A stretch of 64,000 bases of DNA, taken from assembly GCF_009914755.1 (NCBI RefSeq), contig NC_060931.1. The stretch is one strand, 5' to 3'. The DNA comes from the human T2T-CHM13v2.0 reference genome, Homo sapiens. Shown in pieces: positions 13,880-28,878 of the stretch. Numbering within the stretch: the first letter of the stretch is position 1; each line of letters begins with the position of its first letter. The position numbers and the translations under genes were made by a program. The notes below the pieces were generated by a model. It had not been told where the DNA came from. It worked only from the letters and a program-made list of their open reading frames with translations, and did not search any database.

Positions 13880-15890
13880 TTTTTCTTTGCAACATTCTAT
13901 ATTTTAAGTATAATTACATCAAAAATCTTAAATGTACCATTTTGACATTTCAGCAGAGTTTTGACAATGGTATACACCTATGTAACCCATTAGAGTCACG
14001 TCACCACTGAAAATTCCCTTATGTCCCTTTCCACTCAGTCCCTTCACCCAACCTGAATTAAATGCTTCCACATGTCTTCCATAGATTAGTTTTGCCTTTT
14101 CCATAGACTAATTCCATAGATCAGTTTGGACACTTATTTCTTATTGTTAATGGAATCATGCACTAGGTATTGTATGTGCACAGTTTCTGTCTTTCCACAT
14201 CATATGTTTTAGATTAATATTTGTTGTTGTATGTATCAGTAGTATATTCCTTTTAATTACTGAGTTTTATTTGGTGTAACAATACATCACAGTTTATCCA
14301 TTATTTTGTTAATATTTTAGCTATTTCCAGTTTATGGCTATTATAAATAAGATTGCTCTGAGTGTTGCTGTTCAAGTCTTTTGATAGATCTATGTTTCCA
14401 TTTCTCTTGAGTAAACACAAGTGAAATTGATGGCTTCGAAATTAGGTGTATATTAAATTTTACAAAAAACTACTATGCACTTATTCAAGTGATTTACTAT
14501 TTTGCATTCCTAGCAAAAATGTATAGTTTCAGGTGCTCCACGTCATCAGCAAAATTTGGTTCTATGGGTCTTTTTAATTTTAGCAGTTCTAGTGGGTGCA
14601 AAATTGTAATTGGTTATAGTTTTATTTTTCATTTCTCTGATAATTAATGATTTGGGGCACTTTATCATACAATTATTGGCATTTTTTGGTAAAGAGTTTG
14701 TTATAGTCTTTCTCCTCATTTTTAATTAGATTATTTGGCTTATTATTATGTACTTATTTGTGTTTGTATATAATCTGTCAGTCATTTGTCAGTGTATATG
14801 CTACAAATATATATATTTTGTAATCTGTGGACTTTCTTAATGCTATTTTTAATAAGAAAATATTTTAAATGTAGTAACACATAATTTATTATTATTTTTT
14901 ACTTGTGCTTTTTTGTATTGCATTGGAAAAATTTTCCTGGTCCAAACCACACCTAAAAAGGCTGTTTTCTTCATAAAACCCTCCGGGGATGTTGAAAGGG
15001 ATCTCATTAAATGTATAGACTGATTTGAGGAGAGTAGACCAATTAATAATCTTGCATCTTTCAATTCAAGAACATGGTGTATCTTTTCACTTATTATTTG
15101 TTTATGTCTTTGAAAATTTGCCTCAAATATATATCATATTTTTAGTATAGACGTCTGGTATATTCTTTATCAGACTTGACACTAAGTATGTGACATATTT
15201 TGGTACTCTTTTCAATGGTATATTTTAAATTCAATTTTCTAATTGTTCATTGCTGATATGGAGAAATGCAATTAATTTTTATAACATAACATCTTTTTCA
15301 CATAACCTGGCTAGATTCACTTATTTGTTACAGAATGTTTTAGAAGATTCCATAGGGTTTCCATGTGCATGATTATTATGTGTGAAGAAAATGGCAGGCT
15401 TATTTTTAATTATTTTGCTTTTTGTTACCTTTTGTTACCTTAATTAACTGGCTAGTATTGTGTTATAATTTTGGATGGATATAATGGTAGACATCCTTTC
15501 CTTGTTCTTAATAAGAGGCAGAAAAGTTTTAATTTTAGATCATTATGCATGATGATAACTATAGTCTTGTGTGTTTTGGGTTTGTTTGTTTTGTTTTGCT
15601 GAAGTCCTTTATCAGCTGAAGGGACTTTTCTTTCATTCCTCATTTGTTGCAATTTTATATCATGAATTGGAGTTCAATTTTATTGAATTCCATTTCTGCA
15701 TTCATTTTTTCCTCCTTCTATTAATATGGTAAATTTCACTGATTGATTTTATCAAGTTAAGTTAGCCTTGCGTTCCTAGTATAAACATTGTCTCAGTTTT
15801 ATATTGCTGGATTCATTTTGGTACTATAATATTAAGGATTTTTGTGTCTCAGTTCATAAGATATTGAAATGTAAATTTCTTTCCTCTTTT
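13880..15890 (-). mobile_element. L1ME-type 3' UTR and ORF2 fragments
   Basis: gagttttgacaatggtatacacctatgtaacc, ttccagtttatggctattataaataa and gacatcctttccttgttctta are antisense old-L1 motifs. Confidence 0.75.
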
Positions 15891-16165
15891 TATTTTCTTC
15901 TTCTTTTCTATTGTTTTATTTCTTTTAAAGGACTTTTGAAAATATTTCTTCTTTAAAGAATGATCTTAGTAAAATTGAATTTGATTGTTTAAACATAAAC
16001 TCATTTTTGTGCATACTAATATTGAAAATCCTCTCATGCCTTGGAGAATTGTAACCTTTAGCCAATTATAAAGCTTCATGAAGTTTACTAAGCCTATTCT
16101 GGTAGAAATATTTTTCTTCTTTTTTAAAACAGGATGAAGAGCTGCTGATAAATTATTTGAGGAGA

Positions 16166-16214
16166 TGTGTGTAGTGTGTGTGTGTGTGTGTGTGTGCGTT
16201 CATGCATGTGTGTG
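16166..16214. repeat. (TG)n microsatellite
   Basis: Pure GT run at 16174-16196 with degenerate flanks. Confidence 0.9.
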
Positions 16215-16509
16215 TAAGGCGGAATCAAAGAAGCAAGCATGATTCTTCAAGGAAAGCTAAGCTGTAGTTTTGTTCTTGACTTGGCCTTTATTCAGAAAAC
16301 TCTCCAACATTTGTATGAGAGTAAAGTTGAGGACTACATTACAGAAACATTGGAGATAATTTCCTACACTTGCAAGAAAAGACATATCAGAATTAGCCAA
16401 TTTCTGAAGATACTCTGGAATTTCCCCCACTCTACAACATATCACTGAAATCCTCAATTTTCCCCTTAAATGGGAAGGGAAAATTATTCAGAAAGGCTCT
16501 TTTTATAAA

Positions 16510-16680
16510 TTGCATGGATTTGGGGTGGGAAAAATCAAGGTTTGCTATTTTCTAGTTTTATGATCTTGGCATGGTGTTTTATTTCTACATACTGCTATTT
16601 CTAATATACAAAGAGAATTATGATACTTATGAAAAGAGTAATGTAAAAGTAGATAACATTAAATATAAAATTCCCTAAAT
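16510..16680 (+). mobile_element. MIR fragment
   Basis: ctagttttatgatcttggc...ttatgatacttat...agataacattaaatataaaa; highly diverged. Confidence 0.45.
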
Positions 16681-18098
16681 AAAACCTTGAACCTGCCTTT
16701 TACTTTCAAGCAAAACTGTTAAATAATATAAAAAATAAAGGTGGCCGAAAGAACATTTAAAAACTATTTCTACATTTTTTGAAATTCTGTTTATTAGTCA
16801 GGTGATGTATTAACATAACACTAAGGGATGACTTGGGTCATGTGATTTGTACCTAAATAACACAAATTTAAGCAATACCAGTCAAATATCAAATACACTT
16901 AATTTCATATTCATAGCTTTAATAGTATGCTCTAGTGCACATTTCTACTCTTATAACTATTACACTTAATAGCTTCCAAAAGTTTCCTAGTTTTTCACAA
17001 GGGTTTTGTTAACATTATATAAATATATTTAGCATCTAGAAGTAAATTTTAAATATCAATTCTAAGTTAATGGGACACCAAATATAGCTTTCAAAAAAAG
17101 TTTTAGTACCTTATGTTTTGCTTTTGATAAAAGTAAGATATAATTATATTTTATATTATTTCCATGAAAATTATTAACAAGACTTTTTTTTAGCCTAATC
17201 GGTCAGCCACTGTAATTTTTTTTCTTATGGTGGTCTTAGGAAATGTGTTTATCTTTAAGAGTGGGAAAAGTAAACTCTACAGTTTCTTTCTTAAGCTCAA
17301 ATTCAAGTAGCTATTGCTCTATGTAGTTTCTTCTGATTATTGCTCTCCAGGATTTCCACATAATCCTTACAAACTGTTACTATTTAGCTTTTTGTACTTA
17401 TCAAAAATATTTTCTTTTTTCTATTGAACTCCAAAAAATGCATCATTTTTAACTGTGAAGGAAAGATAACTATTTTGAAGATAAAACTAATCACATTAGG
17501 TCTTCAACAATCTACTTTCCATTCCACAGTTATATTTATATCTTCAAAAGGTCTAATCCAGTTCAAGGAAAAGGAAAAGATGTATGAAATCAGTTTGATT
17601 CCCTAAGGCAAATCCAGGGAGAATCTTATATTTATTTCTTTTAGTAAACTTATGGCTGCTGTCTAAGCCAAAATTAAAAGCATAAATAACAAATAGAAAT
17701 GGACCAAAAAGCTAGATAATTTGACTTCACAATTAGATTTACATGTTGGATCACCAAAAATTTCCCCATCCCAAGCCTTAATTTATGAATGCCATCTTCA
17801 GTTTGAGCCTTTCCATCCTTTCTTATTGCTCCCCAGCCTCTGCATTAAAGTACCTTGAATTTCCTCTGACATATAATTCTCCTCTGACAATAATATAATA
17901 AATATAAAGGCAATATTTACTACATTTCTTCTGCTAAAAATCTTTTCTCATATGTACCTTTCCAACCCTCCTAAAGTACATTCTTCAAAAACCATCCTTA
18001 GCATTAATGATAAGAAAAAACAAAGAGCTATGTATTTAGCCTCACATGCATCCTTATGAAAAACGAAATTTAACAATCTGCTTCTGAAATTGACATGA

Positions 18099-18475
18099 TG
18101 CCATGGCTTGAATGTATCTCCCCAAATGCATGTGTTATAAACTTAATCCCGAGTGCAACAGAGTTAAGAAGTGGCACCTTTAAGAGTTAATTAGGTCATG
18201 AGGGCTCTGCTTTCATAAACGGATTAATGCTATTATCAAAGGAGTTGGTTCCTGCTAAAATGATGTTTGCTCCTCCTTCTTTTCTCTCTTGTGCACACTG
18301 TCTTGCCCTTCTGCCTTCTGACATGACACATCTGACAGCATGAAGGCCCTCATCAAATGCCATCCCCTTGATCTTAGACTTCGTTGCCTCCATAACCATA
18401 AGAAATGGATTTTTGTTCATTACAAATTACCCAGCGTGTGTGTTCTGTTATAGCAGCACAAAACAGACTATAATA
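18099..18475 (+). mobile_element. MST-family MaLR solo LTR (MSTC/MSTD-like)
   Basis: tgccatggcttgaatgtatctccc...ttaggtcatgagggctctgc...aattacccagc...tagcagcacaaaacagacta. Confidence 0.85.
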
Positions 18476-18999
18476 TGTATTAAGCTTTTCCTATGAGTTT
18501 GGGACAATGATAAGTGCTTTAAATTGATTTAATCTTCACAGGCACCTACTATAACTATACACACACACACAATAATATGAATAGTTTATTGTAAAAATAT
18601 TTGGTACGTACCTGTGCTTCTTATGAGGTTTATAAAGACTCATACAATCCTGTCAGTGTCTAGTTTTCCTTATCTTCTTTTTCCTAGTTTTTTGAAAAAA
18701 ATCGATATTCTTTAGTAAGACACTGCTTTTTCTTTTTCCACAACAATATTGACATTCTGTGTCAAAGTTCTAGCTGTTTCATACATCAGAATGGAAGGTT
18801 ATTCTCTCTAAATAGGTCCTTATTGCTAACAAAAATACCAAAATTAAAATTTGATAGACACTAAAATTAATTTCTTAAGCAATTAAAACATCTCCTCTAT
18901 ACGATCTCTCTCACATTTGCTCTTTATTTCATCCTTTCTGTTTCTCACTCTCCTCATCTTCTTCCTCTATTTCTCTTTTCCTGTTTTACCTTTCAATTG

Positions 19000-19165
19000 G
19001 GCAGTAGAACTTTTGAGTTCTAGTCTCTGCTAAATTGAGTTACAACACTATAACCTTTGACAAGTCACAATATGTACTTGCGATTCTAAATTTCTGTCTT
19101 TTAAAATAACAACATAAAAATCGATAATGTATGATCTTACTTTTAGACTTAAAGTTCTGTCATTC
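19000..19165 (+). mobile_element. MIR/MIR3 fragment
   Basis: gagttctagtctctgc...taacctttgacaagtcac...aaagttctgtcattc. Confidence 0.55.
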
Positions 19166-19269
19166 AAGGACATAATTAAATACCACCTGGGGTTATGTAA
19201 CATGGGCAATGATAAGTTTCAAATGAAGATTCCTGAAAGTACATTTGCTTGAAAGGCAGCATTTTACTT

Positions 19270-19943
19270 TGAGCTAAAATGTTACATTAACCACATATCT
19301 TAGGTTTTCTTTGTTCTTGAGGATAGAGGAATAATGATACCAGGTTTATAAAGGTTTTATTTATTGTAAGGAGAAAAGTAAAAAATAATGGAAATCCAAG
19401 AAGGGGGGACTTTATAGGGCCAAATCGAATGATGCTTAGATAGGATATTAATGCTAAACTCTCAGCTGTGCTAGGAACTCAGCCATAGCAATCTCAGCAT
19501 TGGTACCCTACCCTGGACATGTCTCAGGTATATACCACACGAGCTCTTCATAGTTAACGTTTTTTCCTCTGCTTACGTATACTTTCTGTTCTCTATGCCT
19601 TCAATGACTTTGACTCCATGACTCTATGACTTTGGCTCACCATGACTGTCAATCTACCATCTAGACACACTTAACACTGACTCCCATTGCCAATCATCTC
19701 ATTTGTTTTCTCTCAGTCCAGATTAATGAGACTAAATCCGATAATGTTCCCTCATCTTTTCACACTGAGCCTTTTCGGACAGGACCAAACCCTGCCCCAA
19801 ATAGCAGTGGTAGAGGATGCAGTTATGTCCATATATTAAAAAATATGACAATGAAGGCCATACCTTTTAGCAAGGAATGTGGGTTGCATACTTCCTCTTG
19901 AAGTAGCTATGACAGGCAGGTAACATAAAACATATTTAGCACA
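19270..19943 (-). mobile_element. Ancient MLT1 LTR (MLT1N/M-like)
   Basis: End ttttagcaaggaatgtggg...ggcaggtaacataaaacatatttagcaca resembles antisense old MLT1. Confidence 0.45.
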
Positions 19944-21445
19944 CCATAATCTTGGCATAAGATTATGACAACAACTGCTATTGTTAGACATAGGCACTAT
20001 TGTAAGAGACATTTACATACTTCTTAAAGGAAAATCATCTTATAGGAAGTTTAGAGCAACACTAAATAGGTAATGTTTGAGGTTATTTAATATGTATCTC
20101 TTATCTAAAAGAGGGTAGACATTGACTTACCTTAACTAAGGAAGCTACTGTAAAGGAAATGTTATAATATTATAAATTGTCAAGGGCTTATATGAAAGCA
20201 AAAGCTAATTGTAATATTTAAGTCAAGGAATTTTTCAGTTATGTTTTTAGAAATTTATTTTGACTAACTACCTCTCTTTCTCTATTTTCACCCATAATAA
20301 AAATACATGTTTGAAAATTGAAACCTATGAACTATGAATTTGACTGAGGAGAAAAGACACATTTGAAGAGAAATATGAATTTGTTGTAGTTGGGTTTCTA
20401 TGCTAGTAGTGAGACTGTGTCAAAATTATCTTATGTAAATAATGCAACAAATATATAAAGTGTTCTGAAACAGCTACTAACAATAATTATTTTATGTTAA
20501 TATTTTGTTTATAAATCGGGCCTTTTAACTGGTTTGAGACAATAACCAATTTTTATTATATACAAAATTATCCCATAAAGTATATACTGTACCATAAAAT
20601 ACTGGAATTGAGCTAAAATTTATAACTCATTAATTTGAGGGATTTTTTTTAGTACATGCCGTGTATAAAGGCATGTATTATTCATCTAAGTTGCTAGCTT
20701 ATTTGCATTTTCATTAAACTGTATAGACTATATCACTGTAATGTGAGTAGAATTTTAACATTATTCTGCCTTATAATGCATAGCCAATTACTTGTGTTTA
20801 AAAGTCAGTGATTACTAGTAAGCTTCTATAAATGAATGCAAACATGCACATTTAACCTGCATATACATGTGTATGCCCATAAGTAAGGACAAAATGCATG
20901 AAAATAAAACACCTAACATCCGATTTATCTGATTTATTTTTTTTATTTGAAGTAAGAAATTTTTCCATATAGGTGAATTTTCTAGATAAATGAAGCGTTC
21001 TCTTAAGAGCTGAAACACTTTCAGAAATATTGTTTAAACTATATTACAACTTTTTTCTTTTGAAACCAAATACAATAAATATACTTTTTAATATTGATGA
21101 ACCAAAGAAATGCGTTTTAGAAGCTCTTAAAACTGTAAGGATTTCTAAAAATAAAAGACCACTAATGCATATTTTTATATAGATAATTTTATGGGCTCTA
21201 ACATATTGTGAAGAGGAAAGAAGAGGAAATGGTTGCTTTTCCATGGTGGTTGTCATCTTCTACTTTGTTTCTCCAAGTTTACTTAGTCAGTAAGCAAATA
21301 TTTATTAATGTTTATGAATAGGCACTTGAATTATAGAGATAAAGAAATAGGCAGAGATTTGTTAAGGAAGGAAATATAATAAACTGATGAAGATTAAAGT
21401 GAATAAAGATGATTTCCAGAATTACTAGGGATTGTATTATGCTGT

Positions 21446-21817
21446 TGATATGATTCAGCTTTGTCCCCACCCAAATCTCATCTTAAATTGTAGCTCCCAT
21501 AATCCCCATGTGTTATGGGAGGGACCTATTGAGAAGTAATTGAATCATGGGGCAGTTTTCCCGTGCTATTCTAGTGATAGTAAGTTCTTATGAGATCTGA
21601 TGTTTCTATAAGGGGCTTCTCCCTTTGCTTGGCTCTCATTATTCTCTCTCCTGCCACCATGTGAAGAAGGACATGTTTGCTTCCCCTCCCACCATGATTG
21701 TAAGTTTCCTGAGGCCTCCCCAGCCATGCAAACTTTGAGTCAATTAAACCTCTTTCGTTTATAAATGACCCAGTCTCAGGTATGCCTTTATTAGCAGCAT
21801 GAGAACAGACTAATACA
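21446..21817 (+). mobile_element. THE1C/D MaLR solo LTR
   Basis: tgatatgattcagctttgtccccacccaaatctc...gtgaagaaggacatgtttgcttcccc...gagaacagactaataca; TSD gctgt/actgt. Confidence 0.92.
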
Positions 21818-21829
21818 ACTGTTATAATA

Positions 21830-22000
21830 ATAACACTTAATAACTATCAAACAGTTTCAGTGTACCAAGTACTATTTTTTAATGGTTTAATTCATTTGTC
21901 TCTCTAAAAAAACTTAAGAGTTTTATTAGTACCAATTGTTCATATGAGGAAAATGAAATGTTACATAACTTGCTAGTGCACAGCTAGTAAGTGTTGGAAA
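21830..22000 (-). mobile_element. MIR fragment
   Basis: tgtaccaagtact...catatgaggaaaatgaa...cacagctagtaagtg. Confidence 0.65.
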
Positions 22001-22688
22001 TATAATTAAAAATAAAATCTTCTGCCAGCCTAGAAAACCTGTGCACAAAGTTAAAAGAGAAAGGGAAGAGTTTTATTATTGAATAAGCATTAAATCAGAA
22101 TATCATGCCCCTCACAAGTAATCTTCTAAGAGATTACAAAGACAGAAAGAAATCCAACCTTTACGTATAGTCAAACAGATTGAACCTATTATATACATGT
22201 TCTCAGAATAAACTAATCTTCATGTAAGAAAACTTGTCAATACCATTTGTCACACACAGTTCATTTTCAATTAACCTGGTAATTGTGGTGGCCATCTATG
22301 TGAGCTAATTGTCTTTATCCAAAGGAGCAATAAGATTCCCATATCTTTATGACAGGAGGTAGTTTTCCAACTGGGAGTGAGGCAGTCACCAGAGTTAGTC
22401 TCCCACTCTCCCACCAAAACTGGGAGATACAGATGCTATCTTCCTTTGATATGATTGCATATCAAAGAGATGGTTTCCAGGTTCTAGAAAATGACATTTC
22501 TGGGTTGTAAGGCTGGCAAGAGGTTTCTTTGACTTTGAAAATATTTACATATATTTTAAAGAGGCAAAAAGAGAACATACAATTACAAGTTTTCTAAATA
22601 AAATTCTCAAAGAAAATGAAAAGGTTTCATCCCTTATATGCCATCAGGAAAATTCAGTCTCTTATTTAAATTTGTATTTGTTTTTATA
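22001..22688 (-). mobile_element. ERV1-class solo LTR (MER89/MER90-like)
   Basis: ctgggagatacagatgctatc, caaagagatggtttccaggtt, aaggctggcaagagg and acaattacaagttttctaaa motifs. Confidence 0.65.
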
Positions 22689-22789
22689 TAAGTAAATGAC
22701 ATAATTAAAATTTACGTTCAGGAGATGTGGGCAGAACTCATGCTGTTAATTACTGCCATAACGTGGCATTCTCCTGTGTGCATGCTTGC

Positions 22790-24110
<1,321 letters not shown>

Positions 24111-24124
24111 TGGATTTAAAACTA

Positions 24125-24700
24125 AAATATATTGAGTGCTTGCTTTATTTCTGAGACCTGTCTAAATCCTTTACACATGTTTATTCATTTAATCTTCACA
24201 ACTTCTATCCTCTCCCAGAGATAGGGATAAGTATTACTGAAATTTTACAGAGAAAACAGAAGTTAATTAACTTCTTCAAGGTATTAAAACAAAAACTTTA
24301 GACAAAGTAAATTTAACAGAGTTTATTTGAGCATTTAAATGATTCATGAATTGGGCAGCTTTGAAAACCAGAAGAGGTTCAGAGAGCTTCACTGAGACTG
24401 TGTGGACAGAGATTTTATAGGCTAAAAGCAGAAGTGAAATAAACAAAAGATATTTGATTAATAAGAGTGGAAAGATCTTAGTTAAAATTTGGAGATTTCT
24501 GATTTGTGAAATCTCTAATTTCATTTTATTGTTTTGATTGGGCTTCTGCTTGCTTACATAGGAAGCTAAAATACTGGAGCCATCCCAGAATGGCCTCCCA
24601 ATTAAAAGTATTTTAGTAAAGGGTATACAATTTGAAAGTGATGTAGTGGCATTCAAATTCAGGAAGCGGGACTCAAGAGCCTCTGCTCCTAATCATTATG
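24125..24700 (-). mobile_element. MIR split by an ERV1 LTR
   Basis: attgagtgcttg...tttaatcttcacaac...ttaacttcttcaagg, resuming after the LTR with gggtatacaa...attcaaattcagg...gactcaagagcc. Confidence 0.75.
24282..24618 (-). mobile_element. ERV1 solo LTR (MER57/MER93 group)
   Basis: aaaaactttagacaaagtaaatttaacagagtttatttgagc...gaattgggcagc...ggttcagagagc; 4-bp TSD AAGG at 24278-24281 and 24619-24622. Confidence 0.8.
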
Positions 24701-24749
24701 CTCACTGAAGACTTTTTGAATGCAATTACACTGAGGAAGTAGAGAAATT

Positions 24750-25073
24750 TACTGTTGCCTGGAAAACTCTTCCCCAATATCTACACATGCCTCTCTTACT
24801 TCCTTAAGATCTCAGTATGATATCACATTATTAGAGATTCCTTCTCTAAAACTCAACCCGTTGGCTGTCTGCTTATTCTACTTAATTTTTCTTTTTAGAA
24901 CTTACCAGTTCCTGAAATTATTATATATTTGCCTGAAGAATAGATATATCTGGAAGCAGGGACTTTATTTTCTCCACCATAATATAAGCAGTGTCTAGTC
25001 TATTGTGTGATTCAATAAAAAGGTATTGACCAAAGAACCGAATGATGAGTTAATAAATAAATGAATGAATAAA
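24750..25073 (+). mobile_element. L2 3' end
   Basis: gcctggaaaactcttccccaatatc...gcagggacttt...aataaatgaatgaataaa. Confidence 0.7.
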
Positions 25074-27109
25074 CATACTCTTGGTTGGAGTGTGTAGCTG
25101 ATATTAAATATTATGGGTCTTCAGCTTCACCAATACTGAAGTTCATGTGATTTCCTCCAACAGATATTAGTCGCCAAAAGGGAAGAAGATTGTGAGAATG
25201 GATTAGAATTGGAATAGCCAGAAAAGAAAACTGATTCAGGAATCTTAACTAAAGGGAAGACAGTGGTTGGAATTACAAGCCTTAGGATAGCAGGTAAATA
25301 GGGAATAAGTAAATCTTGGAGGTTGTTGAATTGAGAAAGAAAGGCTGGAGATGAAAGCATGGGAAGATTTCAAAAAGAAGTTTGAGTGGGATAGGGGATA
25401 TCAATAAGTGGAACAATGGAAAGGTGTAGTAACATTGTGGAATGTTAGAATTTAAATCTTTGTAAATTGTTATCTATGATTACGGTAAAAAGGAATATGT
25501 GTCCAAAACTCGTAAAAATGTCTTAGTTTCCCATCAATGTTTGCATCAATAAGATCTAATTTTATTAAAACCCTATCTCTGTAGGAACACATTAATAGCT
25601 ATTTTAAAATTAAATGTCTTCTCAACTGAACAAAATATGCATATGTTTATGTAATCTCAGACATTTTGCAACTTAAATTTTATATTTTAATATTGCAGTA
25701 ATCAGAATTTTTAATTAGAGCTCTGTGTCTACTTGCAGACTGATCGGTAGAGGACAATAGTTTTGAATTATTTTTTCCATAACTGATTCTTTGAAAAATT
25801 TCTATTTACTGTATCCCCTTCTAATCAGTAGAATTATTTTATTAACTAGCTAGCCGGAACTATGGCTAAAATCTAGGCTGTTGATACTTGCTTTTCTCTG
25901 TGTGAATCTAAATAGGTTTTCTGAAAAGCTGCAACAACCAACAATGTGAAAAACCAGAACAAAACAAATAAATGTCTTGAACTTTAGTATCAGTGTGAAC
26001 AATTGTCCAATACAGCGCTACAAATAGCTCTGAGGTATACATATTCATAATTTCAAAATAATTAATAAAATTGTATTTGATGCATGGATTCAGAGACAAT
26101 ATAATAAGAGGAACCCACTTAGTGGTCCTGGCAATGTTCAGTTTTTGTACTTGAGAAATAAATAGGTTTTTCTATAATATTTTTCTATGATGGAAAAAGG
26201 GAGCAAAAGTTATCTCCAATTCCTCAGATTGAGATGACCTTTTAGAGGCAATTTTACAATGTTAATAAATAGGAAAACCCATTACCATCTGATTTACTAG
26301 AGTGGTCAGGATTTGTAGCATGGTTTATTGCAGTTCACTTAGCACATAAGGCATGCATATTGTTTTCAATTTCTTTATACTCCCAGCTGAGTAGTAAAAC
26401 TATTCTAAGTAGTATATTAGTAACAGTAATAGAGTAAAAGCTGGAGGGGCTTCTGAAATATCTTGAGAAATTTATTTCTACTTCTGTTGTAACAACCACT
26501 CAAGGCATAAAGTTCTTAATGTGGCACTTATACACTTCAAGGATCATTTAAAATAAAATCTAAAACAGTAAAACATTAGCAACATTGCAAAGCAGAAAAT
26601 CACATTAAAAATCTACATTGCTGTATATTTAGACATTTGTATGTATCACCCTCCCTGCCACAACCACCTTCCTCTTGTCTTGAATGGGAATATTTTATTT
26701 AAATCAGAAGGAAGTCACAGTTAAAATACTAAGTGTGATTTTATATTTAAATAATATTTTAAAGGATTTAATTCAATAATGTTCAAGTTTAAACTGGCTC
26801 CTTACAAGAGCAATCTGAGAGCTTTATTCCATACTAAAAGAGGATACACTTACTATTTATCCTGTTAGCCTGATCTTTGAGCTCTCCACAGCTCCACATA
26901 GATCTAAGAAAGCAGCTGAACTTAACAGATATGACAGTGGGTCGAGATAAAAAGATCATGTATTCTTCTACTGTCACAGAACAATGTGGGAATATAGATT
27001 ATTTACTTGGTTTATCCCTGATATAGGTTCTGAAACCATTAATTCTGGGTGGGGAAGTCCTGAAATAATATGATTGAAGCATTCTAGGAGACAAAATGGA
27101 AAATTAAAG

Positions 27110-28020
27110 CTTTATTTATCTACTTAACTAGTTTTTATTGGTATCCATCTGAGCTAAGAACTGCTGGGCCCAGGGTTATCACTGCAGTATATGACAGACC
27201 TGATTCTTTCATTTCTAATGCTGACATTGCAGTATGAAAAATGGACAGACATATAAGTGGAAACAAATATAAACTCTGTTTATTTTTATAAAGGAAGCAG
27301 ACAGGAACCGAGGTAGTAACTAATGGGAGTGGTACATTTGCTGCTACAGAGGGCACAGAAGGCGTCTTAGAAGAGAGACGTTGCATTTCAAATGAAATAT
27401 GAGAAGAAATATAGCCATTAAAATAACAGAGAAAAAGTAGTTAAGACAAACAAACAAAAAACAAAGCAAGAACAACAAAAGAAAAAGTTCGAAGGCAAGA
27501 AATGTTCAGGTTATAGAAATAAAAGCAATTTACCTGCAGTATAATTAGAGCAGTACACAGGGAATCATGTGTTGAGAAGTTGGATAGGGAGACAAGGCAA
27601 CCTCATGGAAGGACCTTGTAGGTCCAGAATCTTTGATTTTAGAATAAATGCAGTGGGAAGCCACTGGAGTGTTTTGACCAAATAAGTAATGTGATTTTAT
27701 TCACATTTTTTGGTCAGTGGATTGTAGGAGGTAGCAGTGGACTCAGGAAGACCAAGTAAGAACTTGCAGCTTTTTGGGGGACTGATAATAGTATCTTGGC
27801 CCAGATACTCTAGCAAAGATAAGTCAGAGAGAAGTAAACATTCAATATGTATTTTGGAGATAAAACCTGTATGAGAAACTGGTTCATTTACTGGAGGATA
27901 TGAATGTAAAGAAAAGAATCATGTGTGATTCCCTAAGTCTTTGGCTCAAACAACAGGGTGGATGGGGGCATGATGGTGCCCTTTATTTACATGGAAAAAA
28001 TGGACAAGGGGAAAATTATC
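27110..28020 (-). mobile_element. L2 fragments
   Basis: gcagtgggaagccactggagtgttttga and ggaagaccaagtaagaa are L2 motifs. Confidence 0.65.
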
Positions 28021-28035
28021 GACAGCCTAGTATGC

Positions 28036-28878
28036 TTTTTTTCCCCCATAGGTTATAGTGGAACAGGTGGTGTTTGGTTACATTAGTAAGTTTTTTAGTG
28101 GTGATTTGTGAGATTTTGGCACATCCGTCACCTGAGTAGTATACACTGCACCCAATTTGTTGCCTTTTATCCCTCACTCCCTTCCCACCCTTTCCCCCGA
28201 GTACCCAAATTCCTTAATGTCATTCTTATGCCTTTGGATCCTCATAGCTTAGCTCCCAGTTACGGGTGAGAACATACGATGTTTGGTTTTCCATTTCTGA
28301 GTTACTTCACTTAGAATAATAGTCTACAATCTCATTCAGATTTCTAAAAATGCCATTAATTTATTCCTTTTTATGGCTGAGTAGTGTTCCATTATATATG
28401 TATACCACAGTTTCTTTATCTACTCGTTGATTGAGAGGCATTTGAGTTGGTTCCACATTTTTGCAATTGTGAATTGTGCTACTATAAACATGCGTGTGCA
28501 AGTATCTTTTTTTTATAATGACTTCTCTTCCTCTGGGTAGATACCCAGTAGTGGGATTGTTGGATCAAATGGTAGTTCTATTTTTAGTTCTCTAAGGAAA
28601 CTCCACACTGTTTTTCATAGTGGTTGTGCTAGTTTACATTCCCACCAGCAGTGTAGAACTGTTCCCTGTTCATTGCATCCATGCCAATATCTGTTATTTT
28701 TTTATTTTTTTGATTATGGCCATTCTTGCAGGAGTAAGGTGGGGTATGACATTGTGGTTTTGATTTGCATTTTCCTGATCATTAGTGATGTTGAGCATTT
28801 TTTCATATGTTTGTCGGCCATTTGTATATCTTCTTTTGAGGATTGTCTATTCATGTCCTTAGCCCACTTTTTCATGGG
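28036..28878 (-). mobile_element. L1PB1 3' end (non-inverted part of a twin-primed insertion)
   Basis: PolyT followed by the diagnostic ggaacaggtggtgtttggttacat...tagtggtgatttgtgagattttgg. Confidence 0.9.

Noticed and set aside
16111-16175. Strong polypyrimidine acceptor (ttttcttcttttttaaaacag/GATGAAG)
   Set aside because: It runs into a (TG)n repeat, with no convincing donor or coding frame.
20162-20175. 14-bp palindrome ttataatattataa
   Set aside because: A pure A/T palindrome of this size is expected by chance in such AT-rich sequence.
25916-26034. Possible exon (aatag/GTTTTC...GAG/gtatac)
   Set aside because: It has stops in all three frames and weak splice sites. It cannot be supported without transcript data.
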